Origin: Octopus vulgaris | Lineage: Eukaryota | Direction of reading: 5' to 3' | Assembly (NCBI GenBank): GCA_951406725.2 | Contig: OX597822.1 | Coordinates: 6,510,001 to 6,574,000 of the forward strand | DNA length: 64,000 nt | Shown: positions 42,880 to 55,529 of the stretch, piece by piece | How the letters are laid out: the number at the start of each line of letters is the position of its first letter | Position numbering within the stretch: position 1 is the first letter of the stretch | Made by a program: the position numbers and the translations under genes | The notes under the pieces: model-generated | What the model saw: only the letters and a program-made list of their open reading frames with translations | Told to the model about the DNA's origin: nothing | Database searches by the model: none

Positions 42880-43093
42880 TGCAAACTTTGGCACAAGGCT
42901 AGTAATTTTGGGGAAGGGAATAAGTCAATTGCAACGATTTCATTGCACAACTAGTTCTTATTTTATCGACCCCAAAAGGAAGAACTGCAAAGTCGGCCTC
43001 GCTGTAATATGAACTCAAAACATGAAGACAGACAGAAAGCAAATGCTAAGCATTTTGCGTGGCGCAATAACGATTGTACAAGCTCACCGCCTT
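42880..43093 (-). mobile_element. Diverged family D SINE
   Basis: TTTTATCGACCCCAAAAGGA..GCAAAGTCGGCCTCG..GAACTCA..AGCTCACCGCCTT. Confidence 0.75.
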
Positions 43094-45319
43094 AGAAATT
43101 AGTTAAATTGGCATTTGCTACTACAAGAAATGTCTTCAGGTGATACTGAACTCTGTTTTCTGTGCCACAGAAAAACGAGTATGGACAGATCGGTCGTATA
43201 GAATATTTTAATTCACACGGAAATTACTGTCTAATGTGTGCTGAAAGAGCACTGATGGAGTAATGAGCATTTGATTTCTGTATTGTAAGACAACATTGGA
43301 TGAAAGTGATCAAGTGAGTCCTTGAAGCAAGGCATCAGAATTCATTGTCGCAAAGGTTCATGGGTATGTATACGTAATTTCTGATATTCTTCTTCTTCTA
43401 TGTCTAGGTTGCCATTCATCTTCTCTTGCTATCGCCATTGCTAGGAATGTTTCTTTGTGAATTGTATTTTGTTAAATCTAAATCGTATCGTAATATCTAT
43501 GATAGTAAAACTATTAGAGTGTCATTTAAATTCATTTAAACTATTGACGCAATGAAGAAGATAAGATCGCATTAGAATACATTTGTTTATTGTTACAGAT
43601 CGTAATGGGTTGATAAGAAGTATCACAGTTAAGAAACCGATAATTATCAACACTCCAACTTCATAGTTGAGTAGTTAGCAATAAAAAATCTAATTGCAAA
43701 GAATTTTTCCTAACAATATGTTAAAAGTCAAGTTTCCAAACGCAGTAGTGTAGAAAAGTTGCATGTAAAAAAAACAAAGAAAAAACAAACATCATTTTTG
43801 TTTCAAGGAATGTTAACAATAAAACTTAGTTTTGTTTGTTTTGTTTTCCAATTTAACCTAAAATATAAAACAATATTCATCTATTTCACAGTCTACTGCA
43901 GACATTATCTGGAAGACCTGCTGTTGTTTATTATTGATATCTGATTAAACAAGGTAAATTACTGCAATTGGCACGGCGTTGCGATCGAGAAAGTTAAAAA
44001 TCTCTTTTCGTAAAACAACTTGTCTTTATTTTATCGTCTGTAATCTGTAATAGATTGGTTAATGAATATGGAGTCTATTGTAACATCATTAAAAGTAGAC
44101 AGATACGAAACACGGTGTTCTTGAAGGTTTCTAATTTATAATCCGTTAAAGGAAGGCGATTTTATCGAGAAGCTCTTTGCCAGGAGTGTTCATTCTTTTC
44201 TATCACAGCACCCTCTTTCATCCAATGGCATTTTACGAACGCATCACCTCCAGCAAGATAAAGCACAATAACAGACTATTTTTAAAAAATCAAATGTTGA
44301 GTGGTGCGTTGCTATCGGTATGAGTAACGCCTTTTTATCTATATTTTCCTGCAGTATCCTGTCCCTTACGATCATTTGTTTTAGAGAGTTGTGTGAATTA
44401 GTGCCACGTATGTAAAAATATTTATGGAGATTATTAAATAAGGAGCAGAATTATATAACAGAATTATAGAACACACGGTGCTGTACGTGTCTTAAACTTG
44501 GAGTTGCGTTTAAGGTAAAAACATTGTACCTTATTCAAATATATTTCAATGAAAATTAAGAAACCTTCAAATTACACAACCCACGTAGCTTCACCTTGGC
44601 ATTTGCTGCCCTTTGTGAATGATCTTCCAGCGCTTCTATATAATGTAGATACCGCCCATGTTAGGCAACACTATTACATGTCTTCGAAGCTATGCCAAAT
44701 ATTAAAACAGTTCAGTTTGTCCTCTCCTGTACAATTTACTTACAATCGAACCCGATACTTCTACAAGAACAACGGTTATGAGGCAGCTATTAATATTTCC
44801 TGGAAAATAAATGTAGATTATATGGCAGACATGATTGTATTCATTAAAATGGAATATATATGCAAACGTTTCTCTACTTTGTCACACAAGTATTTAAAGC
44901 TGACCACATATTGGAGATATTTCTACTTGCTTCAATGAATCCGAATTTTCTAGAATTATTCACAATTCATGTGTTACACTAGAATCGACATTGAAGATTT
45001 CTACATTTCGAATTTGATAGAAACACACAGCTCTGTCACCGATTTACTGATTCTTTACTTCTTCAAATGCAAAGCAAATTCGGTTCGACATCATGGTTGA
45101 AATATATTGTCGGGAGAAGAATACTAGCTTCTAGTAAAACTTAAGAACTAAACTGATTACTATCGATTATTGTGCAAAATGGATGGAAATGAGGAAACAT
45201 TCTACATTTATAATGCCATCGAAGAATAATGGCATCAATAATAGTGATGATTATGATGATGATGAAAATAACAACAACGACAACAACAATAAAAATATTA
45301 ATAATAATAATAATAATAA

Positions 45320-45573
45320 CCCTGGCTTACCATCCCTGCAAGAAGTGCAAAAGATTGTCTTAACTGGTACATCACACGTATTGAGAAGAGCATTGTCGAT
45401 GTGAGAGCTGTTACTGCCCATTCTTTAAAATTTAATCTTAAAAAAAAAATGAACGAACAATTGAGTTTGGTTTAATGGCCTACCAATGTATACTATGAGT
45501 TTCTTTGCCCTAGGAGTCGGGAAGACGCTCGGCAAGAAATGGAAGCAAATTTGAAAGAAGAAAAAAAAAAAAA
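45320..45573 (+). mobile_element. Extremely 5'-truncated R4/Dong copy (254 bp) in (AAT)n
   Basis: Near-identical to 51782-52035 (PGLPSLQEVQKIVLTG.SHVLRRALSM* + 3' UTR); AAT repeats on both sides. Confidence 0.93.
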
Positions 45574-45689
45574 ATAATAATATTAATAATAATAAAAGGA
45601 AAAACAAAGGAAGAAGTACAAAAAGGACATGAAGAAGAATTATGCAAGAAGTGACTACACAATTAATTCTATGTGGCCACAACAGAAGT

Positions 45690-46505
45690 TGCTGGGGAAA
45701 ATAGGTGGGATTTACTGATGAAAGGAACCCTAGGAAAAGAAACTGAGAGTACTAAACTGGCAGCGCAGGACCAAGCACTGACCACGAACTGGAGAGTCAA
45801 CCTGAGGAATGAGCAAGTGTCTCTACTGTGCTGCATCTGCAATAGAGTGGATGAAACCATTGCCCATATCACAAAGATTGACCTTGACATACCCAAAAGC
45901 CACTACAAGTCGTAGCGACACGACTCGGTAGCAGAAGTGCTACATTGGAATCTGTGCGAAAAGTGGGGGCAAGAGAGGGGCAAGACGTGGTACGAGCACA
46001 AACCGCTGAGGGTGGCAGAGTCGCGGAATAGCAAATTCCTCTGTCATTTTCCGATCCAAACAGATCAGGTGCTAGAGCATAACAGCCCATACCTAGTGGG
46101 TGTGGACAGGGTGCACCATGGCTGCTATATAGTTGACGTTGCATGCTCCTTTAACCCACGAACAGTCAAGAAGGAAGGCGAAAAGAACAATTTTCAGTAC
46201 GAAATAGCCCGGCTATGAAAAATGAAGAGTCGAAGAGAAAAGGAAACCAGAAGAGGTGAAGATAGTGCCGATTGTTGTTGGGTCCATGGGAAGAGTAGCA
46301 GATGGCATCAAGAAGAATATAAAGGAAACTGGAATAGAGTACCCAGTAGAACTGTTACAAAATTTTGTCTGCTTGGCACCGCCAGAATAATCAGGAAGGT
46401 ATTAGATGGCTGAAACGAACGAAAAATATGGTACTGTAGGCTGCAGGTAGTAAGTCCGCTACGCATGCAAGACTGCAGGAGCTCCAACAAAACCTGTGAG
46501 AAAGG
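45690..46505 (+). mobile_element. Decayed R4/Dong-like 3' fragment
   Basis: AAQDQALTTN, CCIC..DETIAHI, RHD, HFPIQTDQVLEHNSP, VDVAC, LLGTARIIRKVL; followed by AAT repeats. Confidence 0.82.
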
Positions 46506-46536
46506 GATAATAATGATGATGGTGGTAATAATGATA

Positions 46537-46588
<52 letters not shown>

Positions 46589-46599
46589 TAATAAATGGA

Positions 46600-47270
46600 T
46601 AAATTGATAGAAAAAGAAATGACAAATTTTAAGGTTGAGCACTTACGCAGACTGAGAAGGTTACTTAAATCGAAATTAAAGGGACGGAATAAGACTGAAG
46701 CTGTCAACACCTGAGATATGGAGCAGGGATAATCGCATAGACAGTAGACGAACTAAACAGCTTAGACAGAAATAAGGAAGAACATTTTATGTCGCGCTAT
46801 CGTACGTCATAAAAGTCGCACGATAGCGCAGGGCAATATTTACATTAGAAAATAGGTAAGCTCTAAAAATTCGACACGCCAGCTAACTGATATCTGGCAT
46901 GAATAACATCCTGAGCGAATGGTTAAATGTATAGATTTTCCAATTAATACTGACAGAACAATGCAAGATAAACCACCAGACATAATTATTAAAAACAGAG
47001 AAGAAAGTACTTTTGGAATAATAGCTGTAACTGTTCCCTCTGGTAAAAGAATTCCACAATCCTAGTATTAATAAATATTAAGACTTTGAATTACAAAAGT
47101 TGCGGGTTCTTTGAAGCACAAAGTGTTCTAGTTATTGTAGATGCACCAGGCATGAAACAAAAGGATGTCAGAAATATCTAGACGTCCCTAGGGAACCATA
47201 TCGCAAAGAAATCTAAAAGACTGTACTGCCATGTACTACCCACATCCTTAGACAAGTTCTACCAATGTAA
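46600..47270 (+). mobile_element. Further R4-like fragments (post-RT and endonuclease pieces)
   Basis: LLKSKLKGRNKTEAVNT; DFPINTDRTMQDKPPDIIIKN; VIVDAPG. Confidence 0.65.
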
Positions 47271-47349
47271 ATTCTTATGTTATATACAACGAGTGTATTT
47301 CTATACTGGCCTCCCCACATCTCATCCCCAAGTTTTCAGCTATATTGCA

Positions 47350-49400
47350 TGTAGATTAAAAGAAAAGAACTGCAATATGAGCTCAGAGTAGCGGAGCACC
47401 TTCAATACTTTTGCCCGAATACGTTGTTTAAGTGTTTCTTCTTACGTATTTCTGTAAACAGTTTTGGTATAATCCTTTGATTTCAGTGTCTAATCTGATT
47501 AAATGCTCTCAATTTCTCTTCTTTTGTTACATTTCCAGATTCTTTGCTATATTTGTCTGCTATGATATTTATTTTTACAAATCTATGTCCATGGGTAATT
47601 TTACTAGAGTCGCTACCTGAATATTTTTGCTCCATCCTTGTAGAACAACTCGATTCCAACTGGGCTGAAACTTTTATAGATATTTGTTGTTTTATTCATT
47701 AGATCTGTTAGGCAGAAGAATACAAGAGAGAATAGTCTTCTTGTAATGTGCTGCTTCTTGTAGATATATGGTTGATTCTAATTATCATTTTGTCCTTCAG
47801 TGATAAAGTTGTTTTCGAATTTGATATGACATAGCTTCATTAATAAAGGCTTCGTTAATGAAGCTTTTATTAATGAGGCCTTTTCATATAAAAGAAATGT
47901 CTCAAAAATATAAGTGTGCCATCGAATGGAATAATATTCGGTAATGAATCATTACCATTCTGAGGTTTGTCTTCCTCTTTTCTATAGCAGTCCGATTCCA
48001 TGCAGCTGTTCTTTGCAACTGTATATCACTTCCAGCATCTAAGCATTTCTGCTCCTCTAGAAATAAGCAGCTCATTGTAGATGTTGTAAGTGCTTTTTGC
48101 ATGTCGTTGAAAGCTGCTGCAGTTTTGGAGACCGTTGTGTCATGTTTTTTGAAAATTAATATTACATTGTGCTCAAGTAAGTATTCCGTTTTTAATTCTA
48201 GTCTCATTGCTAATTCAATGAATGTTTTTGCCACAAATCCATGAATAATATTCAAGCCTTTCGGGCAGAAATACAGGATTTTGTAAATTCCGGAAGCTTT
48301 TTAGTTGCTTGGAGACTCCATCATGTTATTAAATTCCTACTTATCCTATGCCGTGATATAATTATATTTTCTCATTCTCTTCTCATCCATTGTTTATTTG
48401 TATTGTAACAAATGTCTATGCTCGATATTTTCCCACAATATCGTTGACCTCCTCTTCATGTCGATGCGTTCTGCGATGTTGTTTTGTCGTAATTTCCCGT
48501 TAAAAGGTTTTTGATATATGATTAAAATATCTAGTTCTGAACGAACTGCTAACACTTCTCTTTTACTAATACGACTTGTTGCAGTCATTTCAATTCAAGG
48601 TTTTCTATTTTTATATTGATATTACACATTATAATTGCCCAGGTTCTTTCTCCATTTTGCTTTAGTATAGATAACTCCTGAAACTTTTCTCTAGGTCAGC
48701 GCAAATAAAGTCTTATTCAATTAGAATCAAATCTTATTTTGCTCCATAATGCAACAAATACAACTTCCACAGAAAATATATCACTCTGGTTGCTGATACA
48801 CGGTGTTTTATTAGGGGAGCTGAACCTTTCACAGGAGTTTCTGGCATCCATGTCACCTACATTCTGGTGATCCCTTTCATTTATATTATCATTCCTCAAA
48901 TATAGTCCTAAATTTCAGATTAGTGTTCTGAGTTGACTCTTTAGTCCCAATCTGATTGCAGTAGAAAGGATTATTTTAATATGGTTGAGAATTTGTTGTG
49001 TTCGTAAGGCTCTTCTATCACCTTCATCATTTTTTGTTGTCCTTTGCTCTTTTAAATTTGTGCCTCTTCTTGCTTTTCTGTCACACTGTATTTGTGAATG
49101 GCACTATTGATATATTCTTTTTGTTTTGAGTGTCATTTCATGTATTTTCCTTTCTCTTTTTTTTTGTAAGTCTTTATTTCGTCTGGGTGTGATGTTTTAT
49201 GTATAAGTCGCTTTCGATTATAGTGTTTTTATTCGCTTCTGCGTATTCCTTGTTTTGCGTGAATTCACGGTGTTTTTGTTTCATTTTCAATGCGTATTCT
49301 TTGTATGACATGTATTAGATTCATTTCTGGAATCTTTTTATTGTTCATTACGTTCTCCGCACATTTGCAAATGTATTCAAATTATGCTCTTCCGTCCCCA
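47350..49400 (-). mobile_element. Highly decayed R4-like RT remnant
   Basis: EEQKCLDAGS resembles EEQKGC..GS; MVMIHYRILFHSMAH resembles MAWIDY.KAFDSVPH. Confidence 0.6.
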
Positions 49401-50199
49401 TTTATTTATTCTCCTCTACGATTCATACAACTCTTTCATGATTCTCTTGATTGTTTATTTGAAAATAAAACAAAACGACTGATATCATTTTTTAAAAAAA
49501 GCGACACAAGCCCCCCCCCTCCCGCCATAAAAAAACTCAATGAAAACATCACAACATAATCTACCACAGAAAATAAACAAGGTTTCGTCAAAGAAACAAA
49601 ACAATACGGTGGGAACGGCCTCCCATACAATAAATGAGCCATCAAATCAAATCGAAAATATCAGAGGATACATCACATAAAAGCAAACACACCATTACAT
49701 TTCGCATTTTCATCCGACGTTCGATGTTTTGTTGGATGCTAACATTATGAGATAGGCATTTAGCGAAAGAGCATGGCTCCTGACAAAAATGTTACATTAT
49801 TTTCCTAACCTGCTTGCTTTAAACCAATGATACAGTATTCCCATAATTTATTCGAAAGCGGTGAATAGTATGTTTTATTACTAAAGGTTAATCATTTCTA
49901 TATTTAATGTGTCAGATAAAATACGCTGCTATGTGAAGTTATGTATCATTTTGTCCCAAATTTAAATCTTTCTACGATCTATATAGTAAGGTATGTACAT
50001 AACACTTGTTTCCAATGTGTCCGCTAGCTCCGACGTGTACATTCGAATAGACATTAGAACCTTGTTAAGAACCGCCATTGTCATATTCGTACTGTGTTTG
50101 TCCTCTTTTTGTAGTCCTGGGGTTCAATAAGTAAAACAGGGTGGATGTTCTGCAAGAAATTCCGGTAAAATCACATATTACTGCGTTGCGTATACATAC

Positions 50200-50268
<69 letters not shown>

Positions 50269-50309
50269 TAATAATAATAATAATGATGATGATGATAATA
50301 ATAATAATG

Positions 50310-50343
<34 letters not shown>

Positions 50344-50351
50344 TAATAATA

Positions 50352-50424
<73 letters not shown>

Positions 50425-50432
50425 TGATGATG

Positions 50433-50517
<85 letters not shown>

Positions 50518-50549
50518 TAATAATAATGATGATGATGATGATAATGATA

Positions 50550-50581
<32 letters not shown>

Positions 50582-50582
50582 G

Positions 50583-50631
<49 letters not shown>
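50200..50631. repeat. Long (AAT)n with GAT variants
   Basis: Direct reading. Confidence 0.97.
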
Positions 50632-50632
<1 letters not shown>

Positions 50633-51866
50633 TAATGCACGTAACAAGGTATTAGCTATAAATTCCTTAGCAGTTCCAGTTGTTACTTATAGCTACAATG
50701 TGTTGAACTGGAATATGAGTGAAGTAAAGAATATAGATAGAAAAATACGCAAGCTGCTGAGTTGTAATAGGATGCACAACCCAAAGGCAGACGTAGATCG
50801 ACTTTACCTTCCCAGAGCCCAAGGAGATCGAGGCCTGATCCAATTTGAACTAGCTTACAAAACAACCACAATTGGACTGGCTAAATATCTCCAAATATCG
50901 AATGACTGGATGCTAAAGCTCGTGGTAAATCACGAGAGACGAAAGAACCTTCATTCTATTATAAAGGAAAGCAAAAAATTTGCTATTGATCTCGGGCAGG
51001 ATACCCAAACTGAACAACCCGAGGGAAGTACGGCAACTATTGTTGCAAAGAAGGTGAAAATGATGGCAATGAAAAAAGCGCACGAGCAATTGGCTGATTG
51101 GTGGGAGGAGAAACCTCTGCACGGCAAATATGTGACCTGCAGCAAACAAGCTGATGTTGACCAGAAGCAAACCCATCAGTGGCTACGGAGCTCAGGGCTA
51201 AAAGCAGAGAGCGAAGGTTTCATCCTGGCTGCTCAAGATCAAAGCCTATTAACCCGGAACTACCAGGTCAATGTGATGAAAAATGGAGCAGACCCAAAAT
51301 GCCGATTCTGCAACGACATGATTGAAACAGTGGACCACCTAATCTCTGGATGTAAAGTCTTAGCACCAGTGGAATATAAATTAAGATATGACAGAGTTGG
51401 CCAATATCTCCATTGGCTAATAAGTCGGCATTACAATATCAAAACTGCCGACAAGTGGTATAATCACCACCCTGAGGCTGTAACTGAAGGAGAAAATGTA
51501 ACCATTCTGTGGGACTTTCCAGTACATACAGACCGAACCATCAAGGCCAATAAACCAGATATTGTTGTAAAAGACCAAAACAATAAAGTTTGCTTATTGA
51601 TCGACATGAGCATCCCCTGTGATCATAATATCTCAGCGAAAGAGTTTGACAAGCTCAGAAAATATAAAGACCTACTCATTGAAATTGAGAAAATGTGGCA
51701 TCTCAAGGCGGTTACAATACCAGTGATCGTAGGAGCACTAGGAATGATCAAGAAGGGAACCGAAAATTATATGAGAATGATCCCTGGCTTACCATCCCTG
51801 CAAGAAGTGCAAAAGATTGTCTTAACTGGTGCATCACACGTATTGAGAAGAGCATTGTCGATGTGA
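50632..51866 (+). pseudogene. R4/Dong ORF C-terminal ~410 aa (thumb/linker, CCHC, restriction-like endonuclease); the poly-Ile N-terminus in the ORF track is microsatellite
   Basis: Motifs as above; RT catalytic core absent. Confidence 0.88.
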
Positions 51867-52035
51867 GAACTGTTGCTGCTCATGTATTTTAATTTAACTT
51901 AAAAAAAAAAAAAATGAACGAACTATTGAGTTTGGTTTAATGGCCTACCAATGTATACTATGAGTTTCTTTGCCCTAGGAATCGGGAAGACACTCGGCAA
52001 GAAATGGAAGAAAATTTGAAAGAAGAGAAAAAAAA
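50632..52035 (+). mobile_element. 5'-truncated R4/Dong-clade non-LTR retrotransposon embedded in (AAT)n
   Basis: Uninterrupted frame to 51866: NARNKVLAINSLAVP, DRLYLPR..G.RGL, KPLHG, AAQDQ, CRFC..HLISGC, ILWD, KPDIVV..IDMSIP, DKLRKY. Confidence 0.93.
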
Positions 52036-52036
52036 G

Positions 52037-52083
52037 TAATAATAATAATAATAAATATAATAATAATGATGATGATGATGATG

Positions 52084-52154
<71 letters not shown>

Positions 52155-52395
52155 AAGAAGAAGAAGAAGAAGAAGAAGAAGAAGAAGAAGAAGAAGAAGA
52201 TGAAGAAGAAGATGAAGAAAAAGATGAAAGAAGAAGAAGGAGAAGAAGAAGAAGAAGAGAAGAAGAAGTGAAGAAGAAGAAGTGAAGAAGAAGAAGAAGA
52301 AGAAGAAAAAGAAGAAAAAGAAGAAGAAGAAGAAGAAGAAGAAGAAGAAGAAGAAGAAGAAGAAGAAGAAGAAAAGAAAAAAAAGAAGAAGAAGA
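52037..52395. repeat. (AAT)n followed by a polypurine (AAG)n tract
   Basis: Direct reading. Confidence 0.96.
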
Positions 52396-52644
52396 ATCCT
52401 ACACGCTTGTATTACAGCAGTGCTCCACCCGAAGAACGAAAATACAACAACGTATACATATATAACCTGTAAGAAAAATTACCTAAATTTGGATACAGCA
52501 ACGAACCCTAATAAACTAGCTAACATACGAAGCCATATTCGCAAAACAAAAACAAAATATCAGAAATAGAAATAGAACACTTAAAAGGAAAAATGCTTTT
52601 GGTGGGGCAGTAAAAGCGGGTGGTGATAAAAATAAGGTTACTGA

Positions 52645-54910
52645 ATGATTCACCTCGCCGGTCGAGAGGCTCGGCAGGACGTACAAGTAAAATCCGAAAT
52701 CTGCCCCGTTATCCTTCTTACCACTCGTCCCGAACAGTCGAGCAAAGTGCTGCTGAAAAGCCGCATATATCTGCTTAGGTTCAGATATCTCGCGCCCGTT
52801 GTGGTCCACCATACAGCGAATGGTGGCTTTGTTGACATGTTTTGCCTCCGCCACTCGGGTCCACAGAGTATTTTTCGTTCCACCCTTGCTTAGTAAACGT
52901 GCCTTAGCTCTGACAACACAGTCTTCGTGTTTGGTGTCGAAAAATTGATCGAGGACTAACCTCGCTGCCAACACGTCATTTGCGATGCTTTTCTAAGTGC
53001 CTCATCTAACATTCTTACTAAATCTCCCTCTTTTCTATATTTTCGACCGCTAAATCTAATGGATTCTACTCTAGTTGCCTCTTTAATAGTAAATCATCAG
53101 TTGTTGTTGACGATTGCCCCCATCAATGCCCTCTGAAATAATGAGCTAATCCGGTCTCTGAAAGCTTGGCATGCTGGTAACGATGTATTCAGCTTCCAGT
53201 AACCGGGACTCTGTCTATGAAGCCTAGCTAGGTCGACCGTACAGATTAAGAATGTGTGGTCAGTGTAACCAGGCATGTGAGCATGTGGACAACTTATGTT
53301 ATCCTTATCCGCTGGCCTACAGATGATTCTAAATAGATACAGATGAGCCGATGCGATTTGTCCAAGCCCACATTGGCACATTCGGGTAATCTTGTCGGTA
53401 CCTGTCAGACAGTTGAAAACGTCAGCAGATTTCTGTGGCTTTTGTACCCCATTCTCCTATTAGATAACCCCACACAATCCAAACGTGCGTCTAAAACAGA
53501 GTTCCAAACCCCTACTAACGCTAATGTTTGAGACGTTTCCAGGAAAATCTGCAGACGCTTGAAGTAGTTCGGCTGTTTTGCCCCAGTCCGAGCATAGGCA
53601 GCAACCAGTCTGAAGCTATCGACCTCACTGCTGTTCACATCCAGGGCAGCGAACTTACCTTCTGGATCCAGGAAGATTGCCTTATTTTCAAATACAGACC
53701 TTTCCGAAAAAGCACTGCAGTACCACCACCACCACCACTACCACATACACCACCACCACCATATACACCGCCTCCACCGACACCACCACCACCAACAACA
53801 CTACCACTACCGCCGCCACCACCACCACCACCACCATCTCCCGGCCGACACGGAGATAAGTAGACCGCGTATTCAGTGAAGAAGGCCATGAAGGCCTGCG
53901 TCTCGGAAAATCTGGTTTTACTAACGGCTGCTACATCTACATAAAGGACCTCAGGTCGTTTAAAAGGTGACCTTGTTTCCAAGGTGTCTCGAGGTCCCTG
54001 GCATTTATACAACCAATTTTGAGCACGACCATGTTGAAAATAAATATATACTAATGGAGGAGAGCGCTACTTACCATTGTTGTCTGGTGAGATGACCCGC
54101 TTGTTCCTTGGCGTGATTGTTTCCACGAGTAGGTTTTTGTAGAGGTTTTCGAAAAAGTTTTCTGAAACGGCCCAACAGCATCGGAAAATGTTGTTAAATG
54201 TTCGTATGTGTTTTGTGCTATTTAAAAAAATTTGTATGTGTGGTAGTGGTGCGTTGTGTGTCGGGAAGACAAAGTCTTTCATTGTGGCGTCTGTATTATT
54301 TTTTAAGTGTTTTACAAGGTCGATATTGTTTGCGTCTATGGCTGTGAGGCTGGTAGTGCTTGTGGAGAATGTGGGGTGTTGTAATTTGTGTTTGTGTTTG
54401 GGGTGGTAGCGCTGGGGAAAGTGTTGGTGTTGTTGGTGGTTGTGTCTGTGTGCTGCTGCTGTTAGGGAGTGCAGCTTGTTTGCACCTCCCCTCTCCAGTT
54501 GTTTAGCAGTACAGCCTTGGATGTTGAGACCGTTTCTGGTGATGTTGGTACTGAAGTTGGTTGCGCTTCAGAGCCGGCTGGGGGCAGCATCGTTGTTGCT
54601 GCTGCTTGTGTAGTATTGGTGATGGCGCTAGTGCTTTCCTTGTGCATCAACAGCCGGTCTCTGCTGTTGCACCTGTTGTTGCTATTGCTGCACTGGAAGA
54701 TGGCACTAACAGTGGCGTTGGTAGTAGGGCAGGCCGTTCCACCTATCTCTGTCTGAAACAAGAGGCCTTGAGGTGGTTTTTGTCACAACAGAGGAAACAC
54801 CTCGTCTACATGCCCTCTACGGTCACGTGTAATTTTTTGCCGTTCGTCCGGCTGATTGATTTGGGGATTAGCTCTATGCTCACTTATTCTACTTGGATTA
54901 AGAGGGTGTA
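52645..54910 (-). mobile_element. L1/Tx1-clade LINE fragment (ORF1 remnant, ORF2 APE endonuclease and linker), RT missing
   Basis: VDVAAVSKT, GGTAVLFRK, FRLVAAYA, LVGVWNSVLD, YTDH, PGYWKLNTSL. Confidence 0.82.
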
Positions 54911-55138
54911 AGTTGCTTATATCAACTCCAATGTTCAACTGATACTTAATTTAACGACCCCAAAATGAAAGGTCAACTCGATTACATCAGCCTCCAGTCC
55001 TCGAATGGTACTTATTTTATCGAACCATGAAACGTAAGGTTGCCTATGGTGATATTTTAACTCAGAAGGTAAAGAGACAGAATAAATGCCGCTAAGTATT
55101 TTGCAAGGAGTGCTAAGGTTTCTATCATCTTGCCGCCT
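54910..55138 (-). mobile_element. Degenerate tandem family D SINE pieces
   Basis: Two copies of TACTTA.TTTA.CGA; ends CTTGCCGCCT. Confidence 0.65.
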
Positions 55139-55199
55139 AATAATAATTTTCTTTCGGCCTAAAAGGTTGACGTCCCAAGGGGTATTCTCTCATAGACAG

Positions 55200-55520
55200 T
55201 AAGTTCATAGACAAAGTTCACAAAGATGTTGGCTCAATTAAAACACTTGTGATAGCACAACGATACATTTGCACAACATAGATGTTGTCAGTCCTCTACC
55301 ACCAGTTCAGGATAAAATGTATCTCTTAATCTGTACAGATCGTTTTTCGAGACAGTCCAGATGGCCTAAAGAAATACGGATTACAGACATTTCATCCCTC
55401 AGAGTTGCAAATTTCCCAATGGCCGGTGTATTTCACATTTTTGCGCATCAGTGAGGTGAACAACTGACATAGATCGTCAATTCGAATCCAGTTTCTTTCG
55501 TCGGCTTCCCTAATCTGTTA
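55200..55520 (+). mobile_element. Gypsy/Ty3 integrase remnant
   Basis: IDVVSPLPPVQDKMYLLICTDRFSR..WPKEIRITDIS resembles HIDIVGPLP..YLLT.VDRFTRWPEA.P..D; TTDIDRQFES resembles TTD.G.QFES. Confidence 0.78.
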
Positions 55521-55529
55521 GGTAATTGT

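Noticed and set aside
50265-51866. 533-aa ORF as a novel membrane-anchored nuclease
   Set aside because: The poly-Ile/Met N-terminus is the (ATA/ATG)n microsatellite fused by chance to a truncated retrotransposon ORF.
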